Shown in pieces: positions 52,130-61,927 of a DNA stretch of 64,000 bases; position 1 is the first letter of the stretch, and every line of letters starts with the position of its first letter. Under the pieces are notes generated by a model, which was not told the origin of the DNA, did no database searches, and saw nothing but the letters and a program-made list of their open reading frames with translations. The translations under genes and the position numbers were made by a program. Source of the DNA: an uncultured bacterium (GTDB taxonomy: Bacteria; Patescibacteriota; Minisyncoccia; Phycocordibacterales; PALSA-1337); assembly GCA_963701025.1 (NCBI GenBank), contig OY969557.1, positions 170,405 through 234,404 on the forward strand, read 5' to 3'.

Positions 52130-52678
52130 TTATTTCTTAAACTCCCCCACTCTCACTTTAGCCGGCCTCATTGGTCGACCATTCAGGTTATAGCCTTTCT
52201 GCAAGACGCCGATGATCATGTGATTCTTATCTTCAGAATCAACAGGCACATATTCGGCCGCTTCGTCTCGTATCGGATCGAATTTTTGATCGATAGGATT
52301 GACCTCTTCGAGGCCGGAATCATTCAAAGCTTTCTTGAGCTGGCTAGCGATGGATTCCACCCCTACGCGCCAATTTTTCTCGGCTTTTTCCCAAGCTTCC
52401 TTATTTCCCATAGCCAACTCGAAACTATCGAGTACGGGAATGAGACCGTCTATCAGTCGTTCATTGGCGAATTTGACGAACTCGGCCCGGTCGGCTTCGT
52501 CGCGCTTGCGGGCATTGATGAGGTCGGCTTTGGCCCTCTGCCAGCCGGTCAGATATTCCTGTTTCTCTTCCAAAGCTTTCTTGAGCTTATCGCGGAGATT
52601 CTTTATCGTTTCGGCGGCATTCTCCTCGGCGACGACGGAATCGTCTAGGTATTCATTGTCATCGTGTTTTTTGGTCAT
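52130..52678 (-). CDS. grpE: Nucleotide exchange factor GrpE
   Basis: RAKADLIN, PVLDSF, FDP and QKGY..RPAKV motifs. Confidence 0.95.
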   Translation of the reverse strand: MTKKHDDNEYLDDSVVAEENAAETIKNLRDKLKKALEEKQEYLTGWQRAKADLINARKRDEADRAEFVKFANERLIDGLIPVLDSFELAMGNKEAWEKAEKNWRVGVESIASQLKKALNDSGLEEVNPIDQKFDPIRDEAAEYVPVDSEDKNHMIIGVLQKGYNLNGRPMRPAKVRVGEFKK

Positions 52679-52774
52679 ATATCTTTAAATGAGGTGCTAA
52701 TAGCATAGCGGAAAATGAAGGATCACGCAATAAAAAACCACCGGAGAACCGGTGGACGTGCATGATTGACGGGT

Positions 52775-53107
52775 TTAATGGATGATGACAGGGATTTTCG
52801 TCTTGCTTCGACCGCGAGCCACCGCTCCCATCAAAGCCGAATATCGTTCGTGCCGATGAAGCGATTTGCCGATTTCCACGAAGAGATTATCCATGTCTCC
52901 ATTGAAACCAGCCTTGCGGAGAGAGATCATGTAATGCTTGCAGTAATGTTTGATCTCCCTGCCGATCTTCATGGCACGCTCGCACCCATGCGGATCACGG
53001 ACTATCACAATGAGCTCTCGGATATCGCGTATCTTGTGGCGGCGTATTCGCCAACAAAAGATGCGGACGATTACCATCCGGTATATAGCGTAAAACAGGT
53101 CGCGCAT
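52775..53107 (-). CDS. Hypothetical basic protein
   Basis: Followed by a - strand terminator (52732-52755), which favours this strand over the + ORF. Confidence 0.45.
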   Translation of the reverse strand: MRDLFYAIYRMVIVRIFCWRIRRHKIRDIRELIVIVRDPHGCERAMKIGREIKHYCKHYMISLRKAGFNGDMDNLFVEIGKSLHRHERYSALMGAVARGRSKTKIPVIIH

Positions 53108-53210
53108 ATGAAGTTTTCCTGGGTTCAAAGTTTAGGCTGATTCTGGCACGAAAAAAGAGGCCTTGCAACCTCCTCTTTCTCCAAATTTCCAGTTCCTAAC
53201 TTCTAACTCC

Positions 53211-53618
53211 TTACCTTTTCGCCCACTGCGGGGACTTGCGCGCCTTCTTCAAGCCGAACTTGCGGCGCTCCTTGGCTCTAGGATCACGCTTGAGAAAACC
53301 GAGCTTTTTCACCGTGCCGCGAAGGGTGATGTCATATTCTAGGAGTGCCCGGGCTATGCCGTGGCGGACGGCTTCGGCTTGGGCGGCTATGCCTCCGCCC
53401 TTGAGCTTGACCGACACGAAGAATTTCTCCGCAGGCTTGCCTTTGCCGATGGCTTCAGCGACGACATTTTGTAATTCTTTTACGGGGAAATATGCCTCCA
53501 AGCTTTTCTCATTTATGTTATAGCTGGTCTTCGAGTCCGCAAAAAGTCGTACGCGGGCGATGGCGGTCTTCCTGCGGCCGACGGCTTCGAAGTATTTTCC
53601 TGTTGGTTTGGTAGGCAT
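53211..53618 (-). CDS. rpsI: 30S ribosomal protein S9
   Basis: GRRKTA, GGG..AQAEA and ERRKFGLKKAR motifs. Confidence 0.97.
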   Translation of the reverse strand: MPTKPTGKYFEAVGRRKTAIARVRLFADSKTSYNINEKSLEAYFPVKELQNVVAEAIGKGKPAEKFFVSVKLKGGGIAAQAEAVRHGIARALLEYDITLRGTVKKLGFLKRDPRAKERRKFGLKKARKSPQWAKR

Positions 53619-53659
53619 TTGTGTATTCGTGGTATTCGTATACTATTCGTTGATTCGGA

Positions 53660-54013
53660 TTACTTCTTGATTGTGAGATTCTTCATCCGCAAGTCGCGAA
53701 GCTTGTTCTTCGGCAACATATTGTAAACGGCCAAGGTGAAGACCTGTTTCATGCCCCGGCGGGCGATGAGCTCGCCCAAAGTCTCGCTCTTCAGGCCGCC
53801 GCGGTGACCGGTGTAGCGGACATAATCGTCTCCGGCGCCGCCCTGTTTCTTTTTAGCGGTCACGTAGGCCCGGCTAGCGTTGACGATCTCCACTTCCGCT
53901 TCGGCCACGGTGTTTTTGGCGAAAGAGACGGTCTTTTTGCCCATGAGGCAGGAAGCCGCTTCGCTGGCGATACGCCCGATCTTCTTGTCTGCCGCGTCAA
54001 TGGTGTACTTCAT
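53660..54013 (-). CDS. rplM: 50S ribosomal protein L13 (short form)
   Basis: IDA..GRIAS, LMGK, YTGHRGG and MLPKNKL motifs. Confidence 0.95.
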   Translation of the reverse strand: MKYTIDAADKKIGRIASEAASCLMGKKTVSFAKNTVAEAEVEIVNASRAYVTAKKKQGGAGDDYVRYTGHRGGLKSETLGELIARRGMKQVFTLAVYNMLPKNKLRDLRMKNLTIKK

Positions 54014-54040
54014 GTTGGTATATAATGCGAATGATACGAA

Positions 54041-54391
54041 TTACACAAATTCAATGAGCGCCATGGGGGCGCCGTCGAGATCCCTGTTCGGCATTTTGAC
54101 GATCCGGGTATAGCCGCCGGCGCGATTCTTGTACTTGGGCGCCACTGTATCAAAAAGCTTCTTGACCTCGCTAGCTCCTTGGATGCGAGAGGCGGCCAAG
54201 CGGCGCGAGGCCACGGAGCCGTTCTTAGCTCGGGTCACCAGCTTCTCCACGAACGGCCGGAGCTCTTTGGCCTTGGCCAAAGTGGTCCGTATGCGGGAGT
54301 CGCGTATGAGATTGCGCGCCAAAGAACGCATCAGAGCGTGCCTCTGGGTCTTTTCTCGGCCGAATTTCCTGATGTTTGAATGGTGGCGCAT
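54041..54391 (-). CDS. rplQ: 50S ribosomal protein L17
   Basis: MRH, TTLAKAKE and GGYTRI motifs. Confidence 0.97.
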   Translation of the reverse strand: MRHHSNIRKFGREKTQRHALMRSLARNLIRDSRIRTTLAKAKELRPFVEKLVTRAKNGSVASRRLAASRIQGASEVKKLFDTVAPKYKNRAGGYTRIVKMPNRDLDGAPMALIEFV

Positions 54392-54392
54392 G

Positions 54393-55367
54393 TTACTGTT
54401 TCATCGTGATGCCGTGCTGTGCCAGCAATTTCTTGATCTCCTGGATGCCCTTGGCGCCGAGACCGTCTATATCCATGATATCCGACTCTTTCTTGCGGGC
54501 AAGGCCGCCCAAGGTGCGGACATTGGCCGCGGCCAGAGCTTTGGTCGTCCGTCCGGAAAGGCCGATGGCGTCGATGCGGGTCTTCATGAGCTCGCCGTCC
54601 ATTTCCGCCCTGCTCTTCTTGACGGCGCCTTCGGAAGCTTCTGCGGCTTCATCCGCCGGAGTCTCCACAATCTCCTCCTCTTTGAAGCCGACGATGGCCT
54701 TGAGCTGGTGGATCATGAGGGTGATGGACTTCTCCAGGGCTTCGCGAGGCGTGATAGTGCCGTCGGTCTCGATGGAGAGGCGCAGGCGGTTGAAGTCGGT
54801 GCGATCGCCAACGCGCATGTTCTCGACCTCGTAGTTGGCTTTGCGGATAGGAGTGAAAGCGGCATCGAGAGTGATGGCGCCGATCTCTACGCGCTCTCTC
54901 TGCAGTGTCTCTTTTGAGACATAGCCGAGGCCCTTCTCCACGGTCATCTCTATGTCGATGGCGGAAGACTTCTCGGTGAGCGAGGCTATATGGAGATCAG
55001 GATTGAGGATCTCGGCTTGGCCGGGAACGTCTATATCCTTGCCGGAAACATCCTTAACGCCTTTGGCCTTTAGAGCGAGAACGACCGGCTCGTCGCCGGA
55101 AAGGCGTATACGGAGCTTCTTCAGATTGAGCAGAATGGCGATGACGTCTTCCTTGACGCCGTCGATAGCCGAAAATTCGTGTTCGATGCCCGCGATCTTG
55201 ACTCGGGTCACGGCCGCGCCAGGCAATGAAGACAGGATGATGCGGCGGAGGGAGTTGCCGAGGGTGTGGCCGTAGCCTGGATAGAGGCCGTCGATCTCAT
55301 AAGTGCCCGAAACGCCCTCTTCGCGGATGACCTTGGGTTTTGATGGCACGATGACGTCGTATGACAT
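54393..55367 (-). CDS. rpoA: RNA polymerase alpha subunit
   Basis: GYGHTLGNSLRRIILSS and HEFS.IDGVKED motifs. Confidence 0.97.
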   Translation of the reverse strand: MSYDVIVPSKPKVIREEGVSGTYEIDGLYPGYGHTLGNSLRRIILSSLPGAAVTRVKIAGIEHEFSAIDGVKEDVIAILLNLKKLRIRLSGDEPVVLALKAKGVKDVSGKDIDVPGQAEILNPDLHIASLTEKSSAIDIEMTVEKGLGYVSKETLQRERVEIGAITLDAAFTPIRKANYEVENMRVGDRTDFNRLRLSIETDGTITPREALEKSITLMIHQLKAIVGFKEEEIVETPADEAAEASEGAVKKSRAEMDGELMKTRIDAIGLSGRTTKALAAANVRTLGGLARKKESDIMDIDGLGAKGIQEIKKLLAQHGITMKQ

Positions 55368-55422
55368 GGTTTTTATATGAAAATAAACAGACGATTAATT
55401 ATACACTAAAAAAAGCGGATGT

Positions 55423-56031
55423 CTAGCGAGTGTAGAACTCGAGCACTGACCCGACGTCGAACAGAAGCTCGGCGACTTCGGTCGCCGGTTCGCCTTCGAT
55501 GCGGATCTCCTTGGTCTCCGGATCGACCTTGAGCCACCCCGGGACCTTTACGTTCTTCAACTCCTCATCAAGCTTGGCGAAAATGACCTTCTTCTTGCTG
55601 CCTTCGCGGATGGCGAGAACGTCGCCTACCGAGACTTCGTACGAAGGAACGGTGACCCTCTTGCCGTTCACCGTGATATGTCCGTGAGAGACCATTTGGC
55701 GTGCCGCCGAATGGCTCGGGGCGAAACCGGCCCGCAGGACGACATTGTCCAGGCGGCCTTCGAGGATGCGCAAGAGGTTCTTGGCATTGTCCCCGGTCGT
55801 CTGGAGGGCCTGCTTGACGTATTTGCTGAACTGGCCGCTCGCCACGCCGTAGCTGTATCTGGCCTTCTGCTTCTCCAGCATTTGGCGGCCGTATTCGCTC
55901 TTGCCGCCGCGGCGCTTGCCTTTGGTCTTGACCTTGGCCTGCGAGCGCATGGCGTACTTCTGCGTCTGTGTCTTTCTGAAGACGGGGGCGCCGAGATAGC
56001 GAGCTTTTTTGTAACGGGGGCCGATGTGCAT
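55423..56031 (-). CDS. rpsD: 30S ribosomal protein S4
   Basis: SEYG..EKQK, LEGRLDN and ARQMVSHGH motifs. Confidence 0.97.
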   Translation of the reverse strand: MHIGPRYKKARYLGAPVFRKTQTQKYAMRSQAKVKTKGKRRGGKSEYGRQMLEKQKARYSYGVASGQFSKYVKQALQTTGDNAKNLLRILEGRLDNVVLRAGFAPSHSAARQMVSHGHITVNGKRVTVPSYEVSVGDVLAIREGSKKKVIFAKLDEELKNVKVPGWLKVDPETKEIRIEGEPATEVAELLFDVGSVLEFYTR

Positions 56032-56074
56032 GGTAAGTATTGAAGATTAAAGATTGATTATTGAAATATTCTAA

Positions 56075-56506
56075 TTAAACTCTACGGGGCTTCTTTGGTT
56101 GCGGGCCGTTGAAAGGTATCGGCGTACGATCCTTGATGGAAGTGATGAGTATTCCCTTGGAAACGAAACCGCGAATGGCGGACTCGCGGCCCGAACCGAC
56201 ACCCTTGACCACCACCGATACTTCTTTGAGGCCGAGGTTCGACGCGCGAAGGGCCAACGTCTCGCCGACCTTGGCGGCCGCGAACGGCGTGCCTTTTTTG
56301 GCGCCGCGGAAACCGGCGCCGCCGCTCGAACCCCACATGAGGGCATTGCCATTCTTGTCGGTCAGCATGACCTTGGTGTTGTTGTAGGTCGACTGGACAT
56401 GCAGGATGCCGGATTCGACGCGCTTTTTGGCGCTCGGCCCGGCCGCCTTCGGCTGCCCTTCGGCTTTTTCGGCCCCTTCAGTTGTGACAATCCGCTTTTT
56501 TCCCAT
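56075..56506 (-). CDS. rpsK: 30S ribosomal protein S11
   Basis: STYNNT, KGTPFAA, GSGRE and TPIPFNG motifs. Confidence 0.97.
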   Translation of the reverse strand: MGKKRIVTTEGAEKAEGQPKAAGPSAKKRVESGILHVQSTYNNTKVMLTDKNGNALMWGSSGGAGFRGAKKGTPFAAAKVGETLALRASNLGLKEVSVVVKGVGSGRESAIRGFVSKGILITSIKDRTPIPFNGPQPKKPRRV

Positions 56507-56570
56507 GATTTTATGTTTTTTTGTTTATGCGTTTTTGTTTCTCCTTTCTACCTGCTACTTTCTACTTTTT

Positions 56571-56951
56571 CTACGTCTTCTCCTCCTTCCTGCGGCCGGA
56601 TCCCATGGTCTTCCTGACGTTGCCGCGGACGGTGCGCGAATTGGTCTTGGTCCGCTGTCCGCGCGCGGGCAGATGGCGAGCGTGGCGACTGCCGCGGTAC
56701 GACTTGATGTCTTTCAAGCGCTTGATGTTGCCGGCTACTTCGCGTTTGAGGTCTCCTTCTATCTTGAATGACTCGATCTGCTTGCGGATGGAGTTCTCCT
56801 GGTCCACCGAGAGCTCCTTCGGTTTCATGCCGGCGCCGACCTTGGTGGCCTCCAGTATCTTCAATGCCCGCGGCCGGCCTATGCCGTAGATCGCCGTCAG
56901 GGCGAATTCCATTCGTTTATTTTCCGGAAGTGTTATGCCGAGGATGCGCAT
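56571..56951 (-). CDS. rpsM: 30S ribosomal protein S13
   Basis: LTAIYGIG, YRGSRH and RGQRTKTN motifs. Confidence 0.97.
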   Translation of the reverse strand: MRILGITLPENKRMEFALTAIYGIGRPRALKILEATKVGAGMKPKELSVDQENSIRKQIESFKIEGDLKREVAGNIKRLKDIKSYRGSRHARHLPARGQRTKTNSRTVRGNVRKTMGSGRRKEEKT

Positions 56952-57004
56952 GATTGTGTTTGTTTTGTGTTTCTCCTTTCTACCTGCTACCTTCTACTTG
57001 CTTC

Positions 57005-57121
57005 TTATCCCTGTCTCTGTTTATGTCTCGGATTGGCCTTGCACGTCACATACACATATCGTCCCCTTCGGACGATATTGCATTTGGCACAGATCTTTTT
57101 GACTGAAGCTTTGACTCGCAT
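57005..57121 (-). CDS. rpmJ: 50S ribosomal protein L36, not in ORF track
   Basis: [38 protein letters not shown]. Confidence 0.95.
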   Translation of the reverse strand: MRVKASVKKICAKCNIVRRGRYVYVTCKANPRHKQRQG

Positions 57122-57134
57122 ATTCTTTCATATT

Positions 57135-57356
57135 CTACAGTCTCCTGGTGATGCGGCATTTGCCTCCGTACTGGTCTTGTTCCAGTTCCACCTTGTCGCC
57201 GACCAAGACGCGGATGCGGTTCATGCGCATCTTCCCAGCCAGATACGCAAGCACGATCTCCTTGCTTTCTTCCAGTTCCACCCGGAAGAGCGTGTCCGGC
57301 AATGCCTCGACGACGACGCCTTTAAGGATTTTTTTCGCTTGCGGCGCGGTATTCAT
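57135..57356 (-). CDS. infA: Translation initiation factor IF-1
   Basis: GVVVEALP and [16 protein letters not shown] motifs. Confidence 0.96.
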   Translation of the reverse strand: MNTAPQAKKILKGVVVEALPDTLFRVELEESKEIVLAYLAGKMRMNRIRVLVGDKVELEQDQYGGKCRITRRL

Positions 57357-57402
57357 GCGTATAAACGCGAAAAACCATAGTAGCAGATATGACTGATGGA
57401 AG

Positions 57403-58767
57403 TCAAGGCTTTTGGACGTTTACGGTTATACGGGAAGGGTCCGACGGCACCGTGCTAACCCACGGCGGAGCTATCTCCCCGAAACTGTCGTTGATATCTA
57501 TAGCCGAAGCGTATTTCTTGATGATAGCGTCTGTTTCCGCCAAAGAGACCCCTGCAAAGGCCTTTTTCAGCGTGTCGACAGGTATGGAGCCTACCAGTTT
57601 GAAGGAACCGGAGATCTTGGCCACCAGAGAGCTTCCTTTAGCTGGGGAGAAATCGACGGGGTTCAGGATGGAAAAAGACAGCGAACCGAGACCGGGCGCG
57701 TCATAGGCTGAAGATCCGAATGTCGAGGTGGAAGACGCTCCAGCGAGCATGGCGGCCAGGTCTGATGTCTTAAGGATGATGCCGTAGACAGTACCCGTGA
57801 CCGTCACCAATGCGGAGTTCGTACCGGTTGACACGATTGACGGAGCGGCGAACGATTGCGCGTAAGCCTGCGGGTACGTGATATATCCGTTCGGCACGGA
57901 TCGGCCAGCCTTGGAGCTCAAACTCGCGGCCAGACTGGCTTGGAGATCGGCGGTCGTCGAAGCGAGCAATCCCGCCGCCACTGTCGTCCTCAATCCGGAG
58001 AATCCGTCGGTGACGTCCGATGACAGCCGGGCGTAGAAGGACGAATATTTCGGCGTCCCTTTATAGGCGACTATCTTGAAGTCGCTCAAGGGATCGGATC
58101 GGGAGATATTATAATCCGCGCCAGGCTGGTCGGCGACGATGGTGGCGGAGACGGTGCCCGGTATGATCCCGCCGCCGGAGGACGTATATCCCGGGATCAC
58201 TATCGAGCTAGTCAGGCGGTATATGAGACCGGAATCGTCCGCCAGGCGGGTGCCGGCGACCAAGCGCTGGGACTGCGGGCTGTAGGCGTTATAGACGGTC
58301 ACCGTTCCCTGGGCTTTTGTGGCGACGGGAGAACCGAGAGCGGCCGGAACGCTCGTCGAAGCGCTTCCGGTCTCTGTCACCGTCGAATAAGCGTATGGCA
58401 TGGATGCCGTCGCCACGGCAGGGATGACATACGTGCCGTTCACTTGTACGAGGACGGATTTTGGGACGATGGTGAACGTGGCCCGGGCAAAATGACCGGA
58501 CAGAGCGAAAGCCACGCCGGCGAGAATGATGACGATGCCTATCACGCCGGCGATCCAGGGAAAACGTTTTTGGTTGCGCCGTACCGGCGGCGGGGTGATC
58601 GGCATGCGACGAATTGCAATTGGCCGGTCATCTCTATGAATCTTGACCGGCTCGGACTTTTCCGGAGCTTTTTTCTCGTTCTTTTCGGCTTTATCGACCT
58701 TTTCTACGGGGATGTCCCGTATGGTCCGGCGATTACCGGGAACTATGTCTTGTACGCGGCGTGGCAT
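57403..58767 (-). CDS. Membrane-anchored protein with baseplate J/gp47-like domain
   Basis: TM helix, then [31 protein letters not shown]. Confidence 0.7.
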   Translation of the reverse strand: MPRRVQDIVPGNRRTIRDIPVEKVDKAEKNEKKAPEKSEPVKIHRDDRPIAIRRMPITPPPVRRNQKRFPWIAGVIGIVIILAGVAFALSGHFARATFTIVPKSVLVQVNGTYVIPAVATASMPYAYSTVTETGSASTSVPAALGSPVATKAQGTVTVYNAYSPQSQRLVAGTRLADDSGLIYRLTSSIVIPGYTSSGGGIIPGTVSATIVADQPGADYNISRSDPLSDFKIVAYKGTPKYSSFYARLSSDVTDGFSGLRTTVAAGLLASTTADLQASLAASLSSKAGRSVPNGYITYPQAYAQSFAAPSIVSTGTNSALVTVTGTVYGIILKTSDLAAMLAGASSTSTFGSSAYDAPGLGSLSFSILNPVDFSPAKGSSLVAKISGSFKLVGSIPVDTLKKAFAGVSLAETDAIIKKYASAIDINDSFGEIAPPWVSTVPSDPSRITVNVQKP

Positions 58768-58805
58768 TGGATGTGTTCCTTTGATTATAACATATTCGCC
58801 GGCCT

Positions 58806-59978
58806 TTAGAGCGTCTCCAGACTGGTAATGGCGATGGCGTTCAGGATCGTCAGGCGGAGCCGTTCCGCGTGCGGATCGAAGGAGACTTTCGGCTCGAATT
58901 CGTCGGCTGACATAGTAATCACGCGCATGCCGCCAGACGTCTCTCTCATTGCCTTCACGAAGAAGCCTTCGTGCGTGCGGGCTAGCATGATCGACGTGTC
59001 CGGCAAATGTCCGGCCGGCACTAGGGCGAGCAATTTGGCGCATTCATTCTTCCATCCGCTGGCGACGTCGGCGAGGACTTTTTCCGCGCGACGGTCGTTG
59101 GATAAGTCGAGCTTTCCGTCTTCATGGAGAGTGATCAGCGAATCAGCAGTCGGCTCAGAGATCTTCAAGGCGTGGGCGACTTTGCGTATGATGGTGTTGA
59201 TGCCTATCGGGTGCGAACCGAAGAAGATACAAGAACGCCCGTCTGTGACGACCAGATCGGTCAATTCGCCGTGGATATGGACGAGGACATACGGGCCCGA
59301 GACCGACATGCCTGGCCGGCGTGCAGGCAAAGCTAGGCCTATGCCAGTGTACTGAAGCAAAAGCGACGAATGAAAGCGGATCTCTTCTCGCGGAGCGGCG
59401 CGCTTGGCCGCTTCCTTGAAACGCTCGATCATCCGGACTCCCGCGATGCTTATGGCGAAGGACACTTCCAAGTTTTTGGCCGAGACGCCTTCCCATACGG
59501 ATACGGAATAGCCGTTCAGCCGGACGTCGAATATCTTCTCTTCCATGCTGATCAGACCTTTCTCGCCCTCGCCGGATAGCTCACGGCGTTCGGTCTTTAT
59601 GATGTCGCCGAGCCGTGCCTTGGTTATAACGGTCTCTTTCGGGAATGTCTGCGAGACGGTGCGGGCGCGCGATACGATCCACGGCGACGAAAGGACGCAG
59701 TGCACGGCATCTATCCGGTCAGGCAGAGGTTCCTTGCCGTGAGTGTCACGGATATAGGCATGGGCCGCCGTAGCAGTCTCTTCGACGGCACGAACTCCCA
59801 TCTTTATGATGTAGGCACTGCCGCCTTGCGCCCGATATGGTATGTCTGTGCTCATCGTCCAAATGATACGCGGCGGTGATCCCGGTCGTACCAGCATGAG
59901 AGCGCCGCGGACGACCGAACTTTGGATATCCAGAATGAGGTCGAGGCGGTCTTTTGTTTTCTTGGAGGAGAAGAACAT
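58806..59978 (-). CDS. FtsA/PilM-like actin-fold protein
   Basis: LILDIQSSVV, VRLNGY, HIHGELTDL and PIG.NTIIR motifs. Confidence 0.65.
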   Translation of the reverse strand: MFFSSKKTKDRLDLILDIQSSVVRGALMLVRPGSPPRIIWTMSTDIPYRAQGGSAYIIKMGVRAVEETATAAHAYIRDTHGKEPLPDRIDAVHCVLSSPWIVSRARTVSQTFPKETVITKARLGDIIKTERRELSGEGEKGLISMEEKIFDVRLNGYSVSVWEGVSAKNLEVSFAISIAGVRMIERFKEAAKRAAPREEIRFHSSLLLQYTGIGLALPARRPGMSVSGPYVLVHIHGELTDLVVTDGRSCIFFGSHPIGINTIIRKVAHALKISEPTADSLITLHEDGKLDLSNDRRAEKVLADVASGWKNECAKLLALVPAGHLPDTSIMLARTHEGFFVKAMRETSGGMRVITMSADEFEPKVSFDPHAERLRLTILNAIAITSLETL

Positions 59979-60027
59979 CGTGGAAATTATACCACAAGAG
60001 AATTAATCTAATTTCTAATTGATCTAA

Positions 60028-61914
60028 TTAACCTAATATCGCCTTTATCCTTCTCACGCCTTGCGAGCTTGCTTCTTCCTTTTGGATCTTGAACTTCCAC
60101 TTCCCTTCCGGCCCGGCTAATTCATACGTGTTTTTCACATGTGGCCCGCCGCAGAATTCTTTCGAGTAAGCGCCTTTAAGGTCGCCAGCCGTCGGCGGAT
60201 TTGAAGTTGGGCCGATGAAATATATCGATATCTCATCCCCGTACTTTTCTCCGAAGAAATGCCTTGCGCCGGTCTTTTCCGCCTCGGCCAGAGGCAAAAT
60301 GATTTGATTCACCGGCAATTTGGCGGCGATCTTTTCATTCACGATGTCTTCCACTTTTTTCTTTTGCTCATCAGTCAGTTTGACGCCGGTAAAGTCATAT
60401 CGAAGCCGCTCGGCGGTGATGTTGGAACCTTTTTGGTTGCCAGCCTCTTCGCCCAACACGTCGTGAAGAGCCTGCTGAAGCAAGTGGGTTGCGGTGTGAT
60501 ATCTGACGATCATTGGATCATTCTCGTCAGCAAGTCCGCCTTTGAATTTTTGCGAGGCGCCGGTGCGGGACAATTCCTGGTGTTTCTTGAATTCTTCATT
60601 GAAACCTTCCTTGTCAACTTCAATCTGTTTTGCTTCAGCAAATTCGACTATTAATTCAAGGGGGAGCCCGTAACTTGAGAAAAGGTTGAATGCATCATGT
60701 CCAGAAATCATGCCGTTCTTTGTCACACGAATGAATTCTCTGGTTCCATTGGCAAGAGCTTCGGCGAACTTGACTGACTCTTCTTTTAGAATATTTTTGA
60801 TCAAGTGCGACTTTGTCGCAACTTCTGGATATGTATCTTTGTAGACACTGACGAGCGCATCGATGAACTCTGAAATCCTAGCTTCATCAAGCTTTTTATC
60901 TGTCGCATTCATGACAGCACGGCGAATAAGACGACGTAGGACATAACCACGATCAGTATTAGACGGCATTACGCCATCAGCAATCAAAAATATCGCCGAG
61001 CGCAGGTGGTCGGCCATGACTTTTTGGCTCATCTCTGGAAGTGACAACTTTTTTGACACTTTCATAATGTCAGAAAACAGATCCGTATCATAAATATTAT
61101 CCACACCCTGCATCGTCATCGCCAAGCGCTCGAGACCCGCGCCAGTATCAACTGATGGCTTTGGTAAGTTGGCAATAATCTTGCCGTCTTTTTTCTCATA
61201 CTGCATGAAGACGTCGTTCCAGACCTCGACGACTTGGCGCGCCTCATCAGCCTGAATAAATTGCTCGCGCGTCATGCCCTTGCCACCAAAGAACGACTGC
61301 CCTGTTTTTGGATCGCCGACGTCGTAATACATCTCCGTATCCGGCCCGCAAGGACCGTTATCGCCGGCTTCCCACCAATTGGTCGAGGCGGGCATGAAAA
61401 AGATGCGCTCGCCCTCGACTTTATTCTTCTTGAAAATGTCGCGCCAGATGCCAGCCGCTTCATCGTCACGCGGAGCATTGGCGTCGCCCTCGAATACGGT
61501 TATGTAAAGTCGTTTCGGATCAAGACCAAGCCCGCGATCGCCTTCAGGAGCATCGACAGGATTGGTCAAAAATTCATAGCTCCACTCGATGGCTTCTTTT
61601 TTAAAGTAATCGCCCAGAGACCAGTTGCCTAGCATCTCGAAAAAAGTAGCGTGGACTTTGTCGCCGATATCGTCTATGTCGACTGTGCGCAGGCATTTTT
61701 GTACGTCAACCAGCCGCGTTGTCTCCTTACCGTCTATAACATACGGTTTGCCGAGCAGATACGGAATCAAGGGCTGCATGCCGGCCGTATTGAAGAGGGT
61801 CGCGTTCGTCACGCCTTTTTCGTCCGGCGTCACGAGCGAAGCCGACGGGATGACGGTGTGACCGCGTTTCTTGAAAAATTCTAGGAATCGCGAGCGGATT
61901 TCTGATGACTGCAT
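60028..61914 (-). CDS. alaS: Alanine--tRNA ligase (no C-Ala domain)
   Basis: FNTAGMQP, HATFFEMLGN, DTGAGLER, HTATH and EFCGGPH motifs. Confidence 0.97.
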   Translation of the reverse strand: MQSSEIRSRFLEFFKKRGHTVIPSASLVTPDEKGVTNATLFNTAGMQPLIPYLLGKPYVIDGKETTRLVDVQKCLRTVDIDDIGDKVHATFFEMLGNWSLGDYFKKEAIEWSYEFLTNPVDAPEGDRGLGLDPKRLYITVFEGDANAPRDDEAAGIWRDIFKKNKVEGERIFFMPASTNWWEAGDNGPCGPDTEMYYDVGDPKTGQSFFGGKGMTREQFIQADEARQVVEVWNDVFMQYEKKDGKIIANLPKPSVDTGAGLERLAMTMQGVDNIYDTDLFSDIMKVSKKLSLPEMSQKVMADHLRSAIFLIADGVMPSNTDRGYVLRRLIRRAVMNATDKKLDEARISEFIDALVSVYKDTYPEVATKSHLIKNILKEESVKFAEALANGTREFIRVTKNGMISGHDAFNLFSSYGLPLELIVEFAEAKQIEVDKEGFNEEFKKHQELSRTGASQKFKGGLADENDPMIVRYHTATHLLQQALHDVLGEEAGNQKGSNITAERLRYDFTGVKLTDEQKKKVEDIVNEKIAAKLPVNQIILPLAEAEKTGARHFFGEKYGDEISIYFIGPTSNPPTAGDLKGAYSKEFCGGPHVKNTYELAGPEGKWKFKIQKEEASSQGVRRIKAILG

Positions 61915-61927
61915 GGAGACCATGCTA

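Noticed and set aside
57403-58767. Tailed prophage or contractile system suggested by the baseplate-J-like domain
   Set aside because: No other tail, sheath or capsid genes; the protein is membrane-anchored and lies among housekeeping genes.
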